Source: Cyanophora paradoxa CCMP329
Lineage: Eukaryota; Plantae; Glaucophyta
Assembly (NCBI GenBank): GCA_004431415.1
Contig: QPMI01000409.1
Location: 470,508 to 534,507 of the forward strand
Direction: 5' to 3'
Length of the DNA: 64,000 nucleotides
The position numbers were made by a program, and so were the translations under genes. Below the pieces are notes generated by a model. It was not told the DNA's origin. It saw nothing but the letters and a program-made list of their open reading frames with translations, and did not search any database. Shown piece after piece: positions 41,512-54,844 of this stretch. Position 1 is the stretch's first letter; every line of letters starts with the position of its first letter.

Positions 41512-44107
41512 CTAGGGCTGCTGGAGGAGGAGGGCTTCGGCCTCGGGGACGGCGGCGAGGGCGCGCGCCCACTCCGCCCCCCACGCGCCCCGCCGCCTCG
41601 CCAGCATCCCCACCAGCCGCTGCGACTGCCCCCGCCCCCGCTCTCCGGTCAGGTCGAGTTTGAAGCGAACGCTCGGATGCGGGGCGCACGGGGGTGGGGG
41701 CGGCGCCGGGCTCGGGCCGGGGGGCGGCGGCGGCCATGCGGAGGAGCACGTGCAGGCACGAGAGCTGCAGCACGCGGTCCTGGTTCAGGAAGTTCTGCAC
41801 CCCCGCCCCGCGTCAGAGCGGGCGGGGCGGGATCAAATCAGTGCCGGGGCACCTCGGTGGAGAGGGCGAGGAGGGCGGCGGCGGCGGCCTCCCCGAGGGC
41901 CGCGTCCCGCCCGAGGGCCGCCTGCAGGAAGAAGACGACGCGGGGCACGAGCCCCGCCGCGCCCATCTCGAAGCGCAGCTGCCGGTCCCGCCCCGCCGCC
42001 GCCGCCGCGCACCGCACCAGGCTCTGCGCCGTGGCCTCGGCGGCCTCCGGGGGGAAGGAGGCGGCGGCGTGGAGGGCGGCGAGGAGGGCCTCGGGGAGGC
42101 CCGGCGGCGCGGGGCGCGGCGGCGGGCCCTCGAGCAGCGCGCACAGGGCCCCGCCGCCTCCCCGCAGAGCTCCTGGTCGCCCCCGGCCCGCTGCAGCGCC
42201 GCCGCCAGCGGCCGCAGCGCGTTCGCCGCCGCCGCCGCCTCCTGCGTCGCCGCGTCCCCGCCACCGCCCGCCGCAGCAGGCGCGCGGCGGCGCGCTGGGC
42301 GGCGGGGTCGCCGCTGCCGAGCAGCGAGGCGACGCGCGGGAGGCAGCCGGGCTCGGCGGCGAGCGCGGCGCGCACGGGCTGCGCCCAGGCCGCCCACGAG
42401 CGGGCGGGGCGCTCGCGGAGGGCGGCGCCGAGGAGGGCGCAGGCCTCGGCGGCGGCGGCGTGCGGGGCGCGGGCGACGAGGGCGGCGAGGCGGGCGGGGA
42501 GGCCGCGCCCCGCGAAGAGGTCGGGGCGGTCGCCGCGGGCGCAGGCGGCGACGGAGGCGACGTGGGCGGCGGCGAGGGCGAGGGCGGGCCCGGGCGGAGG
42601 CGGCGAGGCGGGAGGCGGCGTCGGCGGGCCCGCCGGGGGCGCAGGCGCAGGCGTGCACGGCCTCGCTGGGGCGGTCGCAGAGGGCGGCGAGGCAGGCGAG
42701 CAGGGCGAGGCGGCCCGGCTCCTGCACCCCGCCCTCCCCCAGCAGCCGCACCAGCGGCCGGAACGCCTCCCCGCTCGCGATCTCGCTGTCCGTTCTGCCG
42801 GCCCCCGCCCCCGCCCTCAGCCGAGCCGAGCCGAGCGGAGCCGGGCGCGGCTCCAAGGGCGGCGCACATGAGGCCGTGGCGGGCCATGCGGCGGAGCGCC
42901 TCGCAGGCGCTCGTTAGGAGCGCCTCGTCCGAGGCGCCGCCCACCTCCAAGCACCGCAGCAGCAGCCTGGCCGGCGCTGAGCGCCGCGCCGCGAGGGCGG
43001 ACAGGGGGCGGGGGCGCACCGGTCACAGTTCTCGTCGGCGAGGAGCGAGGCGAGGGCCGCATCCGCGCGCAGGCCGCCAGCGCCGCGGCGCAGGCCCGCC
43101 GCAACGGCCCGCGCTCCGCCCGCGCCGCCGCCCCCTCCGACGAAGCCTGCAGGTGCATGACGATCCACGGCTGCGGCGAGGGGCGGTGAGGGGCGGGGCG
43201 CGGGGCAGGGGCGGGGGGGCGGGGCGGGGCACGGCGAGGGGAGCGGCCTGCCAGCCGAGGACCTTGCCGGGGGGCGCGGGGGCCTCCTCGAGGAGCCCCT
43301 CCTCGCCGGCGCCGGCCACGAGGCGGAGCACGGGGACGACGACCTCGGGGGGCGCCCGCATGTCCCCGATCAGCTCCCCGCACTTCCCCCACAGCGCCTC
43401 GCTGCCCCCCAGGCCCCGCCACCGCGGCGCCTGCAGCACCGCCGGCAGCAGCAGCGCCTCCGCCAGGCAGAACTGCCCCCGCCGCTCCCCGATCGGACCC
43501 GAGCGAGCGAGCGGCGGGCGGGCGGGCGGGCGGGCGGGGCGGCGGGCACCAGCGCGTCGCACTGGGCCGTCAGCATGCGCTCCGCGATGAGGCCGCTCAC
43601 CTGCCGCCCCCGGCTCAGCGCGCCGCGGGGCGGCGGGGGAAGGAGAGGAGGGGGGCGCGGGCGGGGGCGCACGATGAGGGAGTCGGCGGAGGAGCGGGCG
43701 AAGGCGGCGGCGAGGCCGGCGTCCGCCTGCGCCCGCCGCACCACCTGCAGCAGGTGCGAGAAGGCGCACGTCGAGCTGCCCCCGCCGCCCACGCGCCGGC
43801 TCAGCGCCGCGAGCGCGTCCGCGCGCAGCGGAGAGGGGAGGAGGCCATGGGGCGCACGAGCCGCGCTTGAACAGGCGCTGGAGGAGGTACGCGAGGTCGA
43901 CCTCGGACGGGTGCTCTCGGTTCTCCTTCCGCCAGAGCGCGCAGTGGCAGCTCTCCTGGTGCCTCTGCGGCGCGCTCTAAGCTGACTTCTCTGGGCGAGG
44001 AAGAGCGTCGGGGCCGGGCGCACGACGGAGACGGGCGGTTTCTCGCGGTCGGCGCGGGGCGATGCCGACTTCGCGGCCGGCACGGGCCGGCGCGGTGCGA
44101 GGTACAT
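41512..44107 (-). CDS. Hypothetical alpha-helical (ARM/HEAT-like) protein, multi-exon
   Basis: Leu/Ala-rich amphipathic exons (LLTSACEALRRMARHG; FEMGAAGLVPRVVFFLQ...AAAALLALS; VQNFLNQDRVLQLSCLHVLLRMA) bounded by typical introns; last exon SQRLVGMLARR...ALLLQQP*. Family not recognised. Confidence 0.55.
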
Positions 44108-44631
44108 ACTTTAACGACCCTGCGCTGCTACTGCAGCCGCCGAAGAGCACACGAGAGGCGCTCGTGCACGCTGAGGGTGAGCCGAGGCTTGGAAGTTGGA
44201 ACGCCACGCGTCTGTCAGATTGACAGCTAGCCCGTGTGGACCGTGCCGCGCAACGCTTCGGCCTCCCTCGGCTTGCTTCAGAGCGCCTCACCTAGGCTGG
44301 GGCTGGTGCCGTGCGAGCTAAGTCTGCACTGAGCTGGCAGGCTTGCGGAGGGCCCGCGACCTTCTTCTGTCGCTATATGGTACGCTATAGACTACGGGGG
44401 GCGGTCTTAGCTAGCGCCTGGAAGCCGGAGCGGCGGCGAAACAAAGCCAAGGTTAATGGGGGATCGAGCGCACATGGGGTACATCGTAGTTCTCAAGGTC
44501 GCTTGCGCCATCGCCTCGACATCGGCCGCCCGCCGCCCTCATTCTGTTGGGCCCATCCGACAAGAGAGGCAGTCAGCACGCCATCCGCAGCATACGCCGA
44601 GCCCGAGCCCAGCTGCCAGCGCCCCAACACC

Positions 44632-47600
44632 ATGCCTCCGATCGTCTGTACCGCCTCCGGCGCCGACGCCGCCCCCGATGGACCAGTCAAAGGCGCAGCT
44701 ATTCCAAACACGACCGAAAAGCGGTGAGCCCGCTCCCTGTCGCATTCCCTGGACCTAGAAATGGACGTACGCGTACGTTCGCGCTCGAAACGGCTGACGT
44801 GCGCGACAGGGTCTGGGCCTTTGGTCCAGGTTTCATTGCACCTCCTCTTGACCGCAATGTCCTTGGTGAGCCGCGTATACGTACAGCCGCGCCCGAGCCC
44901 CCCGGCTGCCGGGCGCGCGCGCGCAAGCACGGCTGCAGCTGTCGACGTCTAGATCTCGCGTCAGACCTCGGCCCTGCGGCTGTTTAGATGTTAATACAAA
45001 GAAATCATGATTTAAATACAGTTTATAGCCTTTTCAAGAGCTGATCGCTCCTCTTTTTGCAGGTGGTAAAGGATTTGGAGTGGTGCGCGCGCTGTTGACT
45101 CTAGATCTATGCCTATCCTTGGCCATATTATTCGTGCTCACTGCCCGCGGCCGGTCTCGGCATCTTACAGGCCCAAATGAGCTCGGTAAGCCGCCTGGGC
45201 CCGTTTCTCAGCCGCGGGCCCTGATCACGCAATTTGATCTCGGGGCGCCCCGCAGGTTGGCATACCCGTGCCCCCTGGATTCATCATCGGGACCTTGGAG
45301 TGTTCGCGCTACAAGGTACGCGGCAGGCGGCGGCCGATGGGCCAGCGCGCGGGCTGACCGGGCTGACCGATGACGTGCTTGGCGGTGGCATGGGCAGGCG
45401 GCGGGGCGGAGGATCGACGAGGGCCTGCGGGCGCAAGTGAAGGCGGCGCTGGCGGCGCTCGAGGAATCGATGGGCCTGCGGCTCGGCGACGCCGTCAACC
45501 CGCTCCTCGTCTCCGTCCGCTCCGGCGCCCGCGTCTCCATGCCCGGCATGATGGACACGGTGCAAATCAAAGAAGTGCCTGGATTCGATCGTAGCTGTGG
45601 GCCGACGGGGGCCCCCGGGGCGCCTGCGCAGGTGCTCAACCTCGGCTGCAACGACACGTCGGTGGAGGGCTTCGCCAAGGTCACCGGCAACCCCCGCCTC
45701 GCCTGGGACGTGCGCGACGTGCACCCCGCCCTCTGATTCCATCGCGAGCGATGATGTCTATCCAATTGCAATTCGAGTCTGACGCCCGTACGCGTGCCGG
45801 CAGTCGTACCGGCGGTTCGTGGAGATGTTCGCGGACGTCGTCATGCACGTCGAGCGGCGGCCCTTCAAGGAGGCGCTGGACGAGCTCAAGGCCGCCGAGG
45901 GCGCCCCCTTCGACGTCGACCTCTCCGCCGACGCCCTCCGCCGCGCCGCCGCCACCAACAAGGCCATCTTCCGCGAGCACGTGCGCTTCCTTCATTCTAA
46001 TTTGCAGTTCTGTGCATTCCTGAATTCTATTCCCTCTTTAACGTGTAAATTGCGTGCCACTCTTCGAACACGCAGACCGGCCGTCCATTTCCCCAGGTCC
46101 GGCAGCGAAGCCCTCGAGATCTAGATCTCGCGATTTCCCACCCGGCTGACGCCGGCGCCCCCGGGCACGCGCAGGAGGCGGAGGAGCAGCTCTTCGCGGC
46201 GATCGCCGCCGTCTTCGACTCGTGGGACTCCGAGCGCGCCCAGGTCTACCGCCGCCTCAACGTGCGCCCGTTTCCAAGCGAATTCTACCCTATGCTGCAT
46301 CCAATTCAAATGCGCAGGACATTCCAGAGTCATGGGGCACCGCCGTCGTCGTTCAGGTGCGCACCACAGCCCCGTCTATCGGGCCATCAATTTAACTTGG
46401 TAAATCGAAATGAATTTTTCGCAGGCGATGGTGTTCGGCAACCGGGGCCCCACCTCTGGCACTGGCGTCGCTTTCGTGCGCACGAGCCGCCCTCCCGCGG
46501 CCGCCTGCTGCTGGCGCCTGCTTCCGATCTGAAGGGGCCGCGGCCGGGGCGCCAGACGCGGAACCCGATGACGGGCGAGGAGCGCATGTTCGGCGAGTTC
46601 CTCATCAACGCCCAGTGCGTCGCCATCGTTCAGCCTCTAGTCGCCAAGTCGTTCGGTTCGAGTTCGTGGCTCGAATTGAATGTCCCTGCGCTCCGGCAAT
46701 CGCAGGGGGGAGGATGTCGTGGCCGGCATTCGGACGCCGTTCCCCCTCACCGTGCGCCAGCGGGCCGAGTCGGGGGCGGAGCACGCGGGCCTGCCGACGC
46801 TGGAGGAGGCGATGCCGGAGGTGTACGAGGCGCTGGTGAGGACGGGCAAGGCCCTCGAGGAGCACTTCGGCGACATGCAGGACATCGAGTTCACCATCGA
46901 CAGTGCGTTTTCGCGCTTTGAATTCAGTATATTTTGCGCGAGGAAGTCGTTTTGATGATTGTTTCTCAAACATAAACGTAGCTGGGAAGCTCTTCCTCCT
47001 CCAGACGCGAACGGGCAAGCGGACGGGCTTCGCGGCCGTGCGGATCGCGGCGGAGATGCTGCGGGCGGGGCTGACGACGGAGGCGGGCGCACTGAAGCAG
47101 ATCCAGCCCGACCAGCTCTCCCAGGTCCTTCTTGATTCCGTTTCGCGCAAATTTCGCGCCCACTCGCGCGCGGCCTCAGCTCCTTTCGCCCGTCTTTGAC
47201 GCGAAAGCAAAGAAGGCCGCGGCCGCGAAAAAGGCCGCGAAAGGCTTCAACGCCGGCCCCGGGTGCGTTGACGTGTCCGTTCGCCTCGCACATATCCATG
47301 CATTCGCGATCGCTGAACTCGGGCCGGGCGCAGGGCGGCGACGGGCGTGATCGCGCTGACGACGGAGAAGGCGCACGAGCTCGTCGCCCGCGGCAAGAAG
47401 GTCGTCCTCGTCCGCGAGGAGACCTCCCCCAACGACTACCCGGTGCCCCGGCCCACGTCGATTGCAATCGGGGCTGTATCCTTCAACTGAAAGTACATAT
47501 GCGCAGGGGATGGTGGTCGCGCAGGGGATCCTGACGGCGCGCGGCGGCTGCACGAGCCACGCCGCCGTCGTCGCCCGCGGCATGGGCAAGCCCTGCGTCG

Positions 47601-49144
47601 TCGGCTGCTCGACGCTCTCGATCGACGAGGCGCGCGGAGTCGTCACGGCGAGCGACACGGGCCTCGAGGCGCGCGAGGGGGACCCGATCGCCGTCGACGG
47701 CTTCACGGGCGAGGTCTTCTTCTGCCACGTCGAGACATCCCCCTCCGAAGTGCGCTGCTGCATCAATATCGCGCGCGTGCACGCTGCGCAATTCTCTGCG
47801 TGTCATTACGACGCTGACTTCGACACACTCTTGCCGCAGATTGTGCAGGTCCTCATTAACAAGACGCTCAAGCCCGAGGAGTCTATGCTCTACCAGAACT
47901 ACAAGGTGAACACGGTCGAAACATGTATATGATTCTCGCTCAAAATTTCTGTCGACGGCACGTGCACTCGAGCTCGCGATCATACTCACGTATTTTCACA
48001 GCTGATTATGGACGCTGCGGACCGGGCGCGGCGGCTGCACGTGCGGACCAACGCCGACACGCCGCGCGACGCCGCCGTTGCCCGCGCCTTCGGCGCCCAG
48101 GGCATCGGCCTCGTCCGGTGCGCCATGCGGCGAACAACGTCAACGTTATTGCGTCTCCACTTCCCCAGAAATTAAATTTGAATATTGAGCAGGACGGAGC
48201 ACATGTTCATGGAGCCGCAGCGGCTCACGGACGTGCGGCGCATGTTCTTTTCGCGCGACAAGGCCGAGCGCCTCAGGGCCGTCGACACCCTCAAGGTCTA
48301 CCAGAAGGAGGTGCGATCCTGAGCCTCCCGCTTGGGTTTGTAGCCCGATCGCGCGTGCACGTGCGCGTGGCAGGACTTCGTGGGGATCTTCAGGGCGATG
48401 GCGGGCCTCCCCTGCAACATCCGCCTGCTGGACCCGCCCCTGCACGAGTTCATCCCCAAGAGCGAGGAGGAGATCGCCGAGCTGGCGCCCAAGCTCGGCC
48501 TCGCCGTCCGCGAGCTGCGGGAGATGCGGGACGGGCTGGAGGAGAGCAACCCGATGCTGGGGCACCGCGGCTGCCGCCTCGGGATCGTGCACCCCGAGAT
48601 CACCACCATGCAGGTCCAGGCCATCCTCGAGGCCGCCATCGAGGTCCGCGCTGATCATGAGTCGAGACCCGTCTTCGAATTATGTTGCGTTCGTGACCGC
48701 CTTTGAACGCCAGGTGTCCAAAGAGGGCGTGGAGGTGCACCCGGAAATCATGGTGCGGCGCCTTTGGATCTTCCAACTCTCTCGCGAATTCGAACGATCC
48801 GCTGACGGCGGCTTCGAATTCGTGCGCGCGGGCAGGTGCCGCTGGTGTGCCTCTCGAAGGAGCTGGAGCACCAGGTCCTCCTCATCGACGCCACCGCCGC
48901 GGCCGTCTTCAAGGCTGCCGGCACCGCCATCAAGTACACCGTCGGCACGATGGTGCGAATAAACCAAAGCTTCGTGTTCTCAAGGCGGCCACAACACACC
49001 GCCTCTGATTATATGCATAATTTCCCCCCGCAGATCGAGCAGCCGCGGGCGGCGCTGCTGGCGGGGGAGATGGCTTCGCACGCCGCCTATTTCGATTTCG
49101 GCACCAACGACCTCACGCAGACCACCTTCGGCATCTCCCGCGAC
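44632..49144 (+). pseudogene. ppdK: Pyruvate, phosphate dikinase interrupted mid-exon by an LTR retrotransposon (C-terminal part not in window; start codon uncertain)
   Basis: EKR|VWAFG...LG|[31 protein letters not shown]|[34 protein letters not shown], phospho-His loop [43 protein letters not shown] and FGTNDLTQTTFGISRD. The LTR TG follows directly at 49145. Confidence 0.9.
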
Positions 49145-49427
49145 TGTCGCGTGCGAGATTAGTGTGTCTAATCGTGCGCGCGGGAAGCCCGTGCGGAGTG
49201 CAAGCTCGGCAGGGCGGGGTTTGGCGAGTGCTGCTGCTGTTAGCCACCGGGATGGTAGACTGAGGGTGTACCCGTCCAGCTACGGCGTACCCCGACACAC
49301 GCATACAAGTGACCGCGGCGCTCTAACTAGCCTAGGCGCCGTCGATCTAGCAGCACGAAGGCTGCGCACATCATCTAGAACCCTAGCGGCTCACAAACGA
49401 GCATCCGCTATAATGTCGGATGCGACA
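49145..49427 (-). repeat. 3' LTR (283 bp) of the Gypsy element
   Basis: Termini TGTCGC...GCGACA (TG..CA with a 6-bp inverted repeat). It is followed by ACTCCTCCTCTC (49428-49439), which reads as the polypurine tract GAGAGGAGGAGT on the element strand. Confidence 0.8.
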
Positions 49428-49567
49428 ACTCCTCCTCTCGGATCCCGCGTCCGCGCGGGTCTACGCCCTAAGGCGAACAGAAAGAGGGCCGGGAAGCCGG
49501 GAATTTGATCGAGCCTAAGCTCTCTATACAACGCGACCCCGGCCGCTATATACAAATGCTCGGAGCT

Positions 49568-49690
49568 ACCGGCTACTGCCGGGAATCGAAAAAGGCTCCG
49601 AGCCACTCACGCTCGGCGTCACCGGCTACTGCGGGAATCGAAAAGACGCCGAGCCCATCCATGTCCGGCAACTGCCGGGAATCGAAAAGA
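49568..49690. repeat. Three imperfect direct repeats in the Gypsy 3' non-coding region
   Basis: Core CCGGC(T/A)ACTG(C)CGGGAATCGAAAA starting near 49569, 49622 and 49665. Confidence 0.7.
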
Positions 49691-50656
49691 CTGTCGCCCG
49701 GCAGGTGCCGGCACGACTCCAGCGTGGAGCGCCCAGGGGCAAGGTCCAACTTCGGGCCGGCGGCCCAGGAAACTCGCACGAGGCGAGCGGATCGGAAGGG
49801 AGGAAGCCGAGGAGGCCCTGTCCTCGCCGCGCAGCAAGTTAACCGCAGAGGCGCACGCTGCAACAGCAATTGCAACGCGGGGCGTGACGCTCGCGGTAGC
49901 GCCCAGTAGCCCCAGCGCAATGCCCGTCCCAAAACGTAGGGCTAAGCAGCTCGTCTAGCGCCACTGCTCAGGCATGCGCCGCGCTCTCGCGGTCCGCCAC
50001 GGCGTCGGATTAGGGGCTGAGAAGCCCACAACGGCGGTGGAGCTAGTAACTCCAGGGCAAGGCTAGACGCCGCCCACAAGGTGCCCTCGTCGCCATCGTA
50101 CGGCGGGAGGTACCCTGCCCGACCCGTGCTCGCGCGTCATTAAGGGGACGCGGCCCTCCAGGCGGTCCACCACCGAGCGTCCCCGGTGTGGAGCCCTGTA
50201 TGGGGGAATTGTGCATCCCCAGTCATCGTACCCGGGGCGGGACCCGGCGTCACGACCGCCTGTGTGTACCCCCGTTGGTGCTCGGCGCACCCCGGTACCC
50301 CACCAGGTCTTGCATCTCAAGGAGGGGGAATGCTCATCCCTGTCACTGGGCCCGGGGCAGAATCCGGCGCCTCAGCCGCCTTCCGACTCCTCTGCCGGCG
50401 CAAGTCGCGCCCGGAGCTCGGCCAGGTCTTCGTAGGGCCCTCCGCCCGTCACTGAGCCGAGCATAGCTCGAGGCAGTCAGCCGCCCGTTGGCTCTCCTTC
50501 CTAGCCCGGGACTTTAGTGATTGTGGCGGGCGCTAGGCCCTTCTCAGCTCAACCCTCCGCGGGCAGCTCATCACTCTCGCGCTGCGCAGTTGCAGGCGCG
50601 GCCGCTCTCTGTCCTCGCCCTCCTGTGGGGCCGGGACGCGGCTCGGAGCCAGCTCC

Positions 50657-52185
50657 TCATGCTGCTCCCGCCGGGGCCGCCGGCGCTGCGGCCGCGGCTC
50701 CCGGTGCACCCGCCGCCCGCGGCCGCCCTCGGGCCGGCCGCGCGGGCGCGTTCGCATCGCGCATGCGGAACGGGATCATGCAATCGATGTGCACGATCGT
50801 CTCGCGGGTGTCGCGGGCCTTCTGGCGGACAGCGCCCACGGCGCCGTAGGGCCGGGCCAGGCCACGCACGACGTACGTGTACCCGCCCGGGTGCACGTCC
50901 ATGACGGTGAACGGGCCGACCCAGGAGTTAAACAACCCCTTGTCACGGTCGCCCAGCCAGCACAGGACTTTGTCGCCCACTTCGAAGCGGCGACGGTCCG
51001 GCAGGTCACCCGTCCGGTGCACCATTTGGCGGCGGTACCAGCGGCGGTGCTCGCGGACCGCGTCATCGCGGCTCTTCGCGGCGCGCACTACGGTCGCGAC
51101 GTAGTCGGCGTAGCTAAGGGTGTCGAGCATTTCGACCCCGAAGCGCACGTCCGCGGGCAGCGTGAGCTCGTGCCCCAGGTGCAGGAGCGCGGGCGAGTAG
51201 CCCGTGGCCGCGTGCACGGTCGTGCGGAGCGCCAGCTGCACCTCGTGCACGTGCTGGTCCCACTCGTGCATCGGCTCGCGCTCGGCGCGGCACGCCGCGT
51301 GGAGCAGCGTCTTCACGACGCCTCCCAGCCGCTCTACCAGCCCATTCGTCGAATGGTGGTACGCCGCGGCGTAAATGAAACGAGTCCCGAGCTTCCGGAA
51401 GTACTCGTTGAACGGGCCGCCCTTCAGGCTGGACCCGTTGTCCATGAGGAGGCGCAGCGGCACGCCCTCATTCGAGACGAAGTCTCGGCCCATCTCGAGC
51501 ATGGACCAGCCGTCCAGGTCGGCCTTTGGGTACAGCCGCGTGTACTTGTCCCACGCGTTCACCCAGGCGACCAAATAGCGGTTGCCGCGCGGCGTCGGGT
51601 CGAGGTGGAACACGTCCACCTGCCACAAGTCATTCCGGCCCTCGGCCTCGATGACTGCGATCGCAGTTCGCCGCGGCTTCACAGCCTTGGCGAACTGGCA
51701 GCAGGGGCAGCTCCGCACGTAGCGGGCTACGGCCGCGAGCATGCCCGGCCACCAGAACCTCAGCAGGATCCGGCGGGCGACGATCGAGGCGCCGCGGTGG
51801 CCCCACCCATCGTGGTACGCGTACAGGACGCGGTCCTGCCAGGACTCAGGCAGGACGGGCACGAAGCGGCCGTGAGGCGCGACCGGCGGCGGACAAGCAC
51901 GCCGTCGGTGTCCACGTCGAATTTCCCAGCGAATCCGACGAAGGCCGCCTTGGCCTGACTGCAGAGGTAGCAGTCGCCCGTGTGGCAAGAGGCGCGCGTG
52001 CAGCGGGCCTCGTTCACGCCATTCTCTAGCCAGGAGAACAGCTTGCGGCACAGCGGGTCCGCCTTCTGCGCGGCGAGCAGCCTGACTCGCCGGGCAGGGA
52101 ACATGTGCCGCAGGGTCTCGGGCAAGGGCCCGTCGAGGGAAGGCGGCGGAGCGCAATCCCAAGTGTCCTGGACCAGCTCGAGCAA
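50657..52185 (-). CDS. Gypsy integrase (HHCC zinc finger plus DDE core); frameshift near the N-terminus
   Basis: YHDGWGHRG...WWPGMLAAVARYVRSCPCCQ; LWQVDVF; LLMDNGS; HHSTNGLVER; TGYSPALLHLG. Confidence 0.92.
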
Positions 52186-53429
52186 GCGCGGCTTGCGGCG
52201 GTCTCGGACCTCGCCCAGCTCAGGGCCGGGGCGATAGCGCTGGACGAGAGGACCTCTCGCTCGAGGCCTGCGGCCGGGCCGCCACTCGAGCCGGCGTCGC
52301 CGCTTGAGGGCGCCTCGGAGGCGGCCGGCGGCTCAGAGGAGCCGGCCGTCGCGGCGGCGGTCGACGCGGCCGCGGAGGACGACGCCGCCGGGGCGCCGCC
52401 CTCGGCCCCTCATCAGGGTCGTCCTGGTGAGGGTACAGCGGCGGGCCGCAGCGCCAGTGGCGCGGGTTGTCCGCCTTGCGGGGCGTCTTGCCCGGGCGCG
52501 GGGCCTCAGGCGGTCGCAGGTCGCGCGGCAGGGGCGCGACGGGCCCCTCGTAGCGCCGCGGCCCTAGAGGGAACCGACGACGTACGTGCTCGAGGAGGGC
52601 CACGGGGAACCCGTCCTCGTCGAGCTCGGGCTCCTGCGCCTGGCGCGGGGCCTCAGGCTCGGGCACAGGCGGCGCAGCCTCGCCATCGGAGCCCAGCTCC
52701 ATCGGGTCGGACTCGGGCGCCGGCGGCGGCTCGGAGAGCGCGGGCCGGGGGCAGGCCTTGCGCGACGGCGAGGCGGTGCCACTCGTCCACCCCTTGGCGC
52801 ACCTCAGCCCAGGTGGTGGGCTTCTGGCCGCGCCGAGTGGGCGGACCGGCCTGCGGCAGCGCCGGCGCCGCGGGCAGGGGCGCTTCCTGCCCCGCGGCAG
52901 GAGCTCGGGCTCGGGCGGCGCCGGGGCCCCCGCGGGCTCAGTCTCGGCGCGCGCCGACGCGGCTCGGGGCGCGCGCGCGGGCAGGGGGACGGGCTCGTCG
53001 TCAGAGCCCTCCTGGAAAGCCTCAGGCGGCGCGCGCGTCCGACGCGGACGCGGCCCTGGGCGGGCTGGACGTCCCGCCTTGCGGCGGGAGCGCCCTCGAA
53101 GGCGAGCTGGCGCCGGAGGCGGGCCTGTCGCCGCGCGACGAGGATCTCCGCCCGGCTGGGCGGAGCCGCGGGCGCCGCGGCCTCGGCGGGCTCGGACGCT
53201 GACGCGGGGGCCGGCGGCGCGGCCTCGGCCGGCTCGTCGGCGAGCTCGGTCAGGCGGGGGCCCGGCGGGGCCTCCACCGCTACCCGGGCCTCCGCAGCGC
53301 CTTCGGCGGCGTGAGCGACTGCAAACAGCGGCAGAGGCTCGTCAAGGTCGCCGGGCTGGGGCACGCCGTGCCCCGTGGCGCCGGCCAGCGCGTCGGGCGC
53401 GGCCGAACTGCCGTCGGCGCCGCCGGGCG

Positions 53430-54844
53430 CGAGAACCGGGTGGTTCAGTGGGGGCCGCGAGCAGGCGTCGGGCCCTCCGTTGTTGCGCCCCGCGCGGTAC
53501 TCTACGACAAAGTCGTAGGACTGCAGGAGGAGGGACCAGCGTCCCAGCCTTCCCGAGGTCGCCTCGCGCGAGCGCAACCACTGGAGCGCCTGGTGGTCCG
53601 TCCGGACCAGGAACTGGGGCCCTCCCAGGAGGAAGTGCCGCCAGTACTTTATTGCCCATACAACCGCTAGGCACTCGAGCTCGGTGGCGGTGTAATTCCG
53701 CTCAGCGGGCGCCAGCGTTCGACTGATGAACGCGATGGGCCGCTCACGGGCGGGCGAGCCGCCATCGGATTGCGACAGGATCGCGCCGATGGCGTACGTC
53801 GACGCGTCGGTCGACAGGATGAAGGGCCGCTCGAAATCCGGGTACCCAAGTACCAGATCCTCGAGCAGGGCGGCCTTCAGCGCCTCGAAGGCGGCTTGGT
53901 GGACCTCGGTCCATTGCCACGCGGCGTCCCGAAGCAGCAGGCGCTGCAGCGGGTGGGTGACACGGGCGAACCCGTTCACGAAACGCCGGTAGTACCCAGC
54001 CAAGCCCAGGAACGACCTCAATTGGTCAGCGTTCGCAGGCGGCGGGTACTGGCGAATGAACGCCAGCTTCGCGGGTCCTGGCGGATCCCTTCGGCCGAGA
54101 CGAGGTGCCCGAGCAAGGCCACCTCCGCCACCCCGAAGCGGCACTTGGAGGGCTTCAGGCGCAAGTTCGCCGGCATGATAGCGCGGAACAGGGCCTCGAG
54201 GTCCAGCAGGTGCTGGGGCACGCTTGGCGAGAACACCGTGATATCGTCGATATACGCGGTGACGCAAGTCGTGAGCAGGGGCCGAGGATGGCCGTCACGG
54301 CGCGCGAGAAGGCGGCCGGCCCGTTGGTCACGCCGAACGGGGTCACGCGCCACTCGTAGTGGCCCCAGGCACTACGAAGGCCGTGTACTGCCGGGACGCG
54401 GGTCCAGCGGCAGCTGCCAGAATCCCGCCGTCGCGTCGACGGTCGAGAAGATCATGGACCCCGCAGGCGGTCCAGCTGATCGTCAATCCGTGGCAAGGGA
54501 AAGACGTCGCGCTCGGTGATCGCATTTAAGCGTCGGTAATCGACGCAGAACCGCCAGGTGCCGTCCTTCTTAGGAGCGAGCACGACCGGCGAGCCATAGG
54601 CGGCTTGCGAGGGCTGGATCAGGCCCAGCTCAAGGAGCCGCTTTATTTCGTCACGGGCGAAGGCCTCGGCGTGCGGGCTTACACGCCGCGGGGGCGTGAA
54701 GACGGGCAGCCGTGAGGTCAATCGGATCACGTGCTCGTAATGGAGGAGATTGGCCGTGCCCTCAGTGGCCGTGACCGAGTCGGCGAACGCGCACGAGTAG
54801 CGCTTCAGCAGAGCCTCTAGCTCGGCGCGTTCCGTAGCGCTCAT
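53430..54844 (-). CDS. Gypsy reverse transcriptase and RNase H (several frameshifts)
   Basis: YGSPVVLAPKKDGTWRFCVDYRRLN...FPLPRID; YEWRVTPFGVTNGPAAF; AYIDDITVFS; LRSFLGLAGYYRRFV; FILSTDAS; NYTATELECLAVVWA; VRTDHQAL. Confidence 0.93.

Noticed and set aside
19851-49144. ACS and PPDK as a metabolic gene cluster
   Set aside because: They are more than 20 kb apart with four unrelated genes between them; no sign of co-regulation.
50318-50335. AAGGAGGGGGAA followed by TG as a PPT/LTR start
   Set aside because: Wrong strand relative to pol; a better PPT with TG..CA LTR ends is present at 49145-49439.
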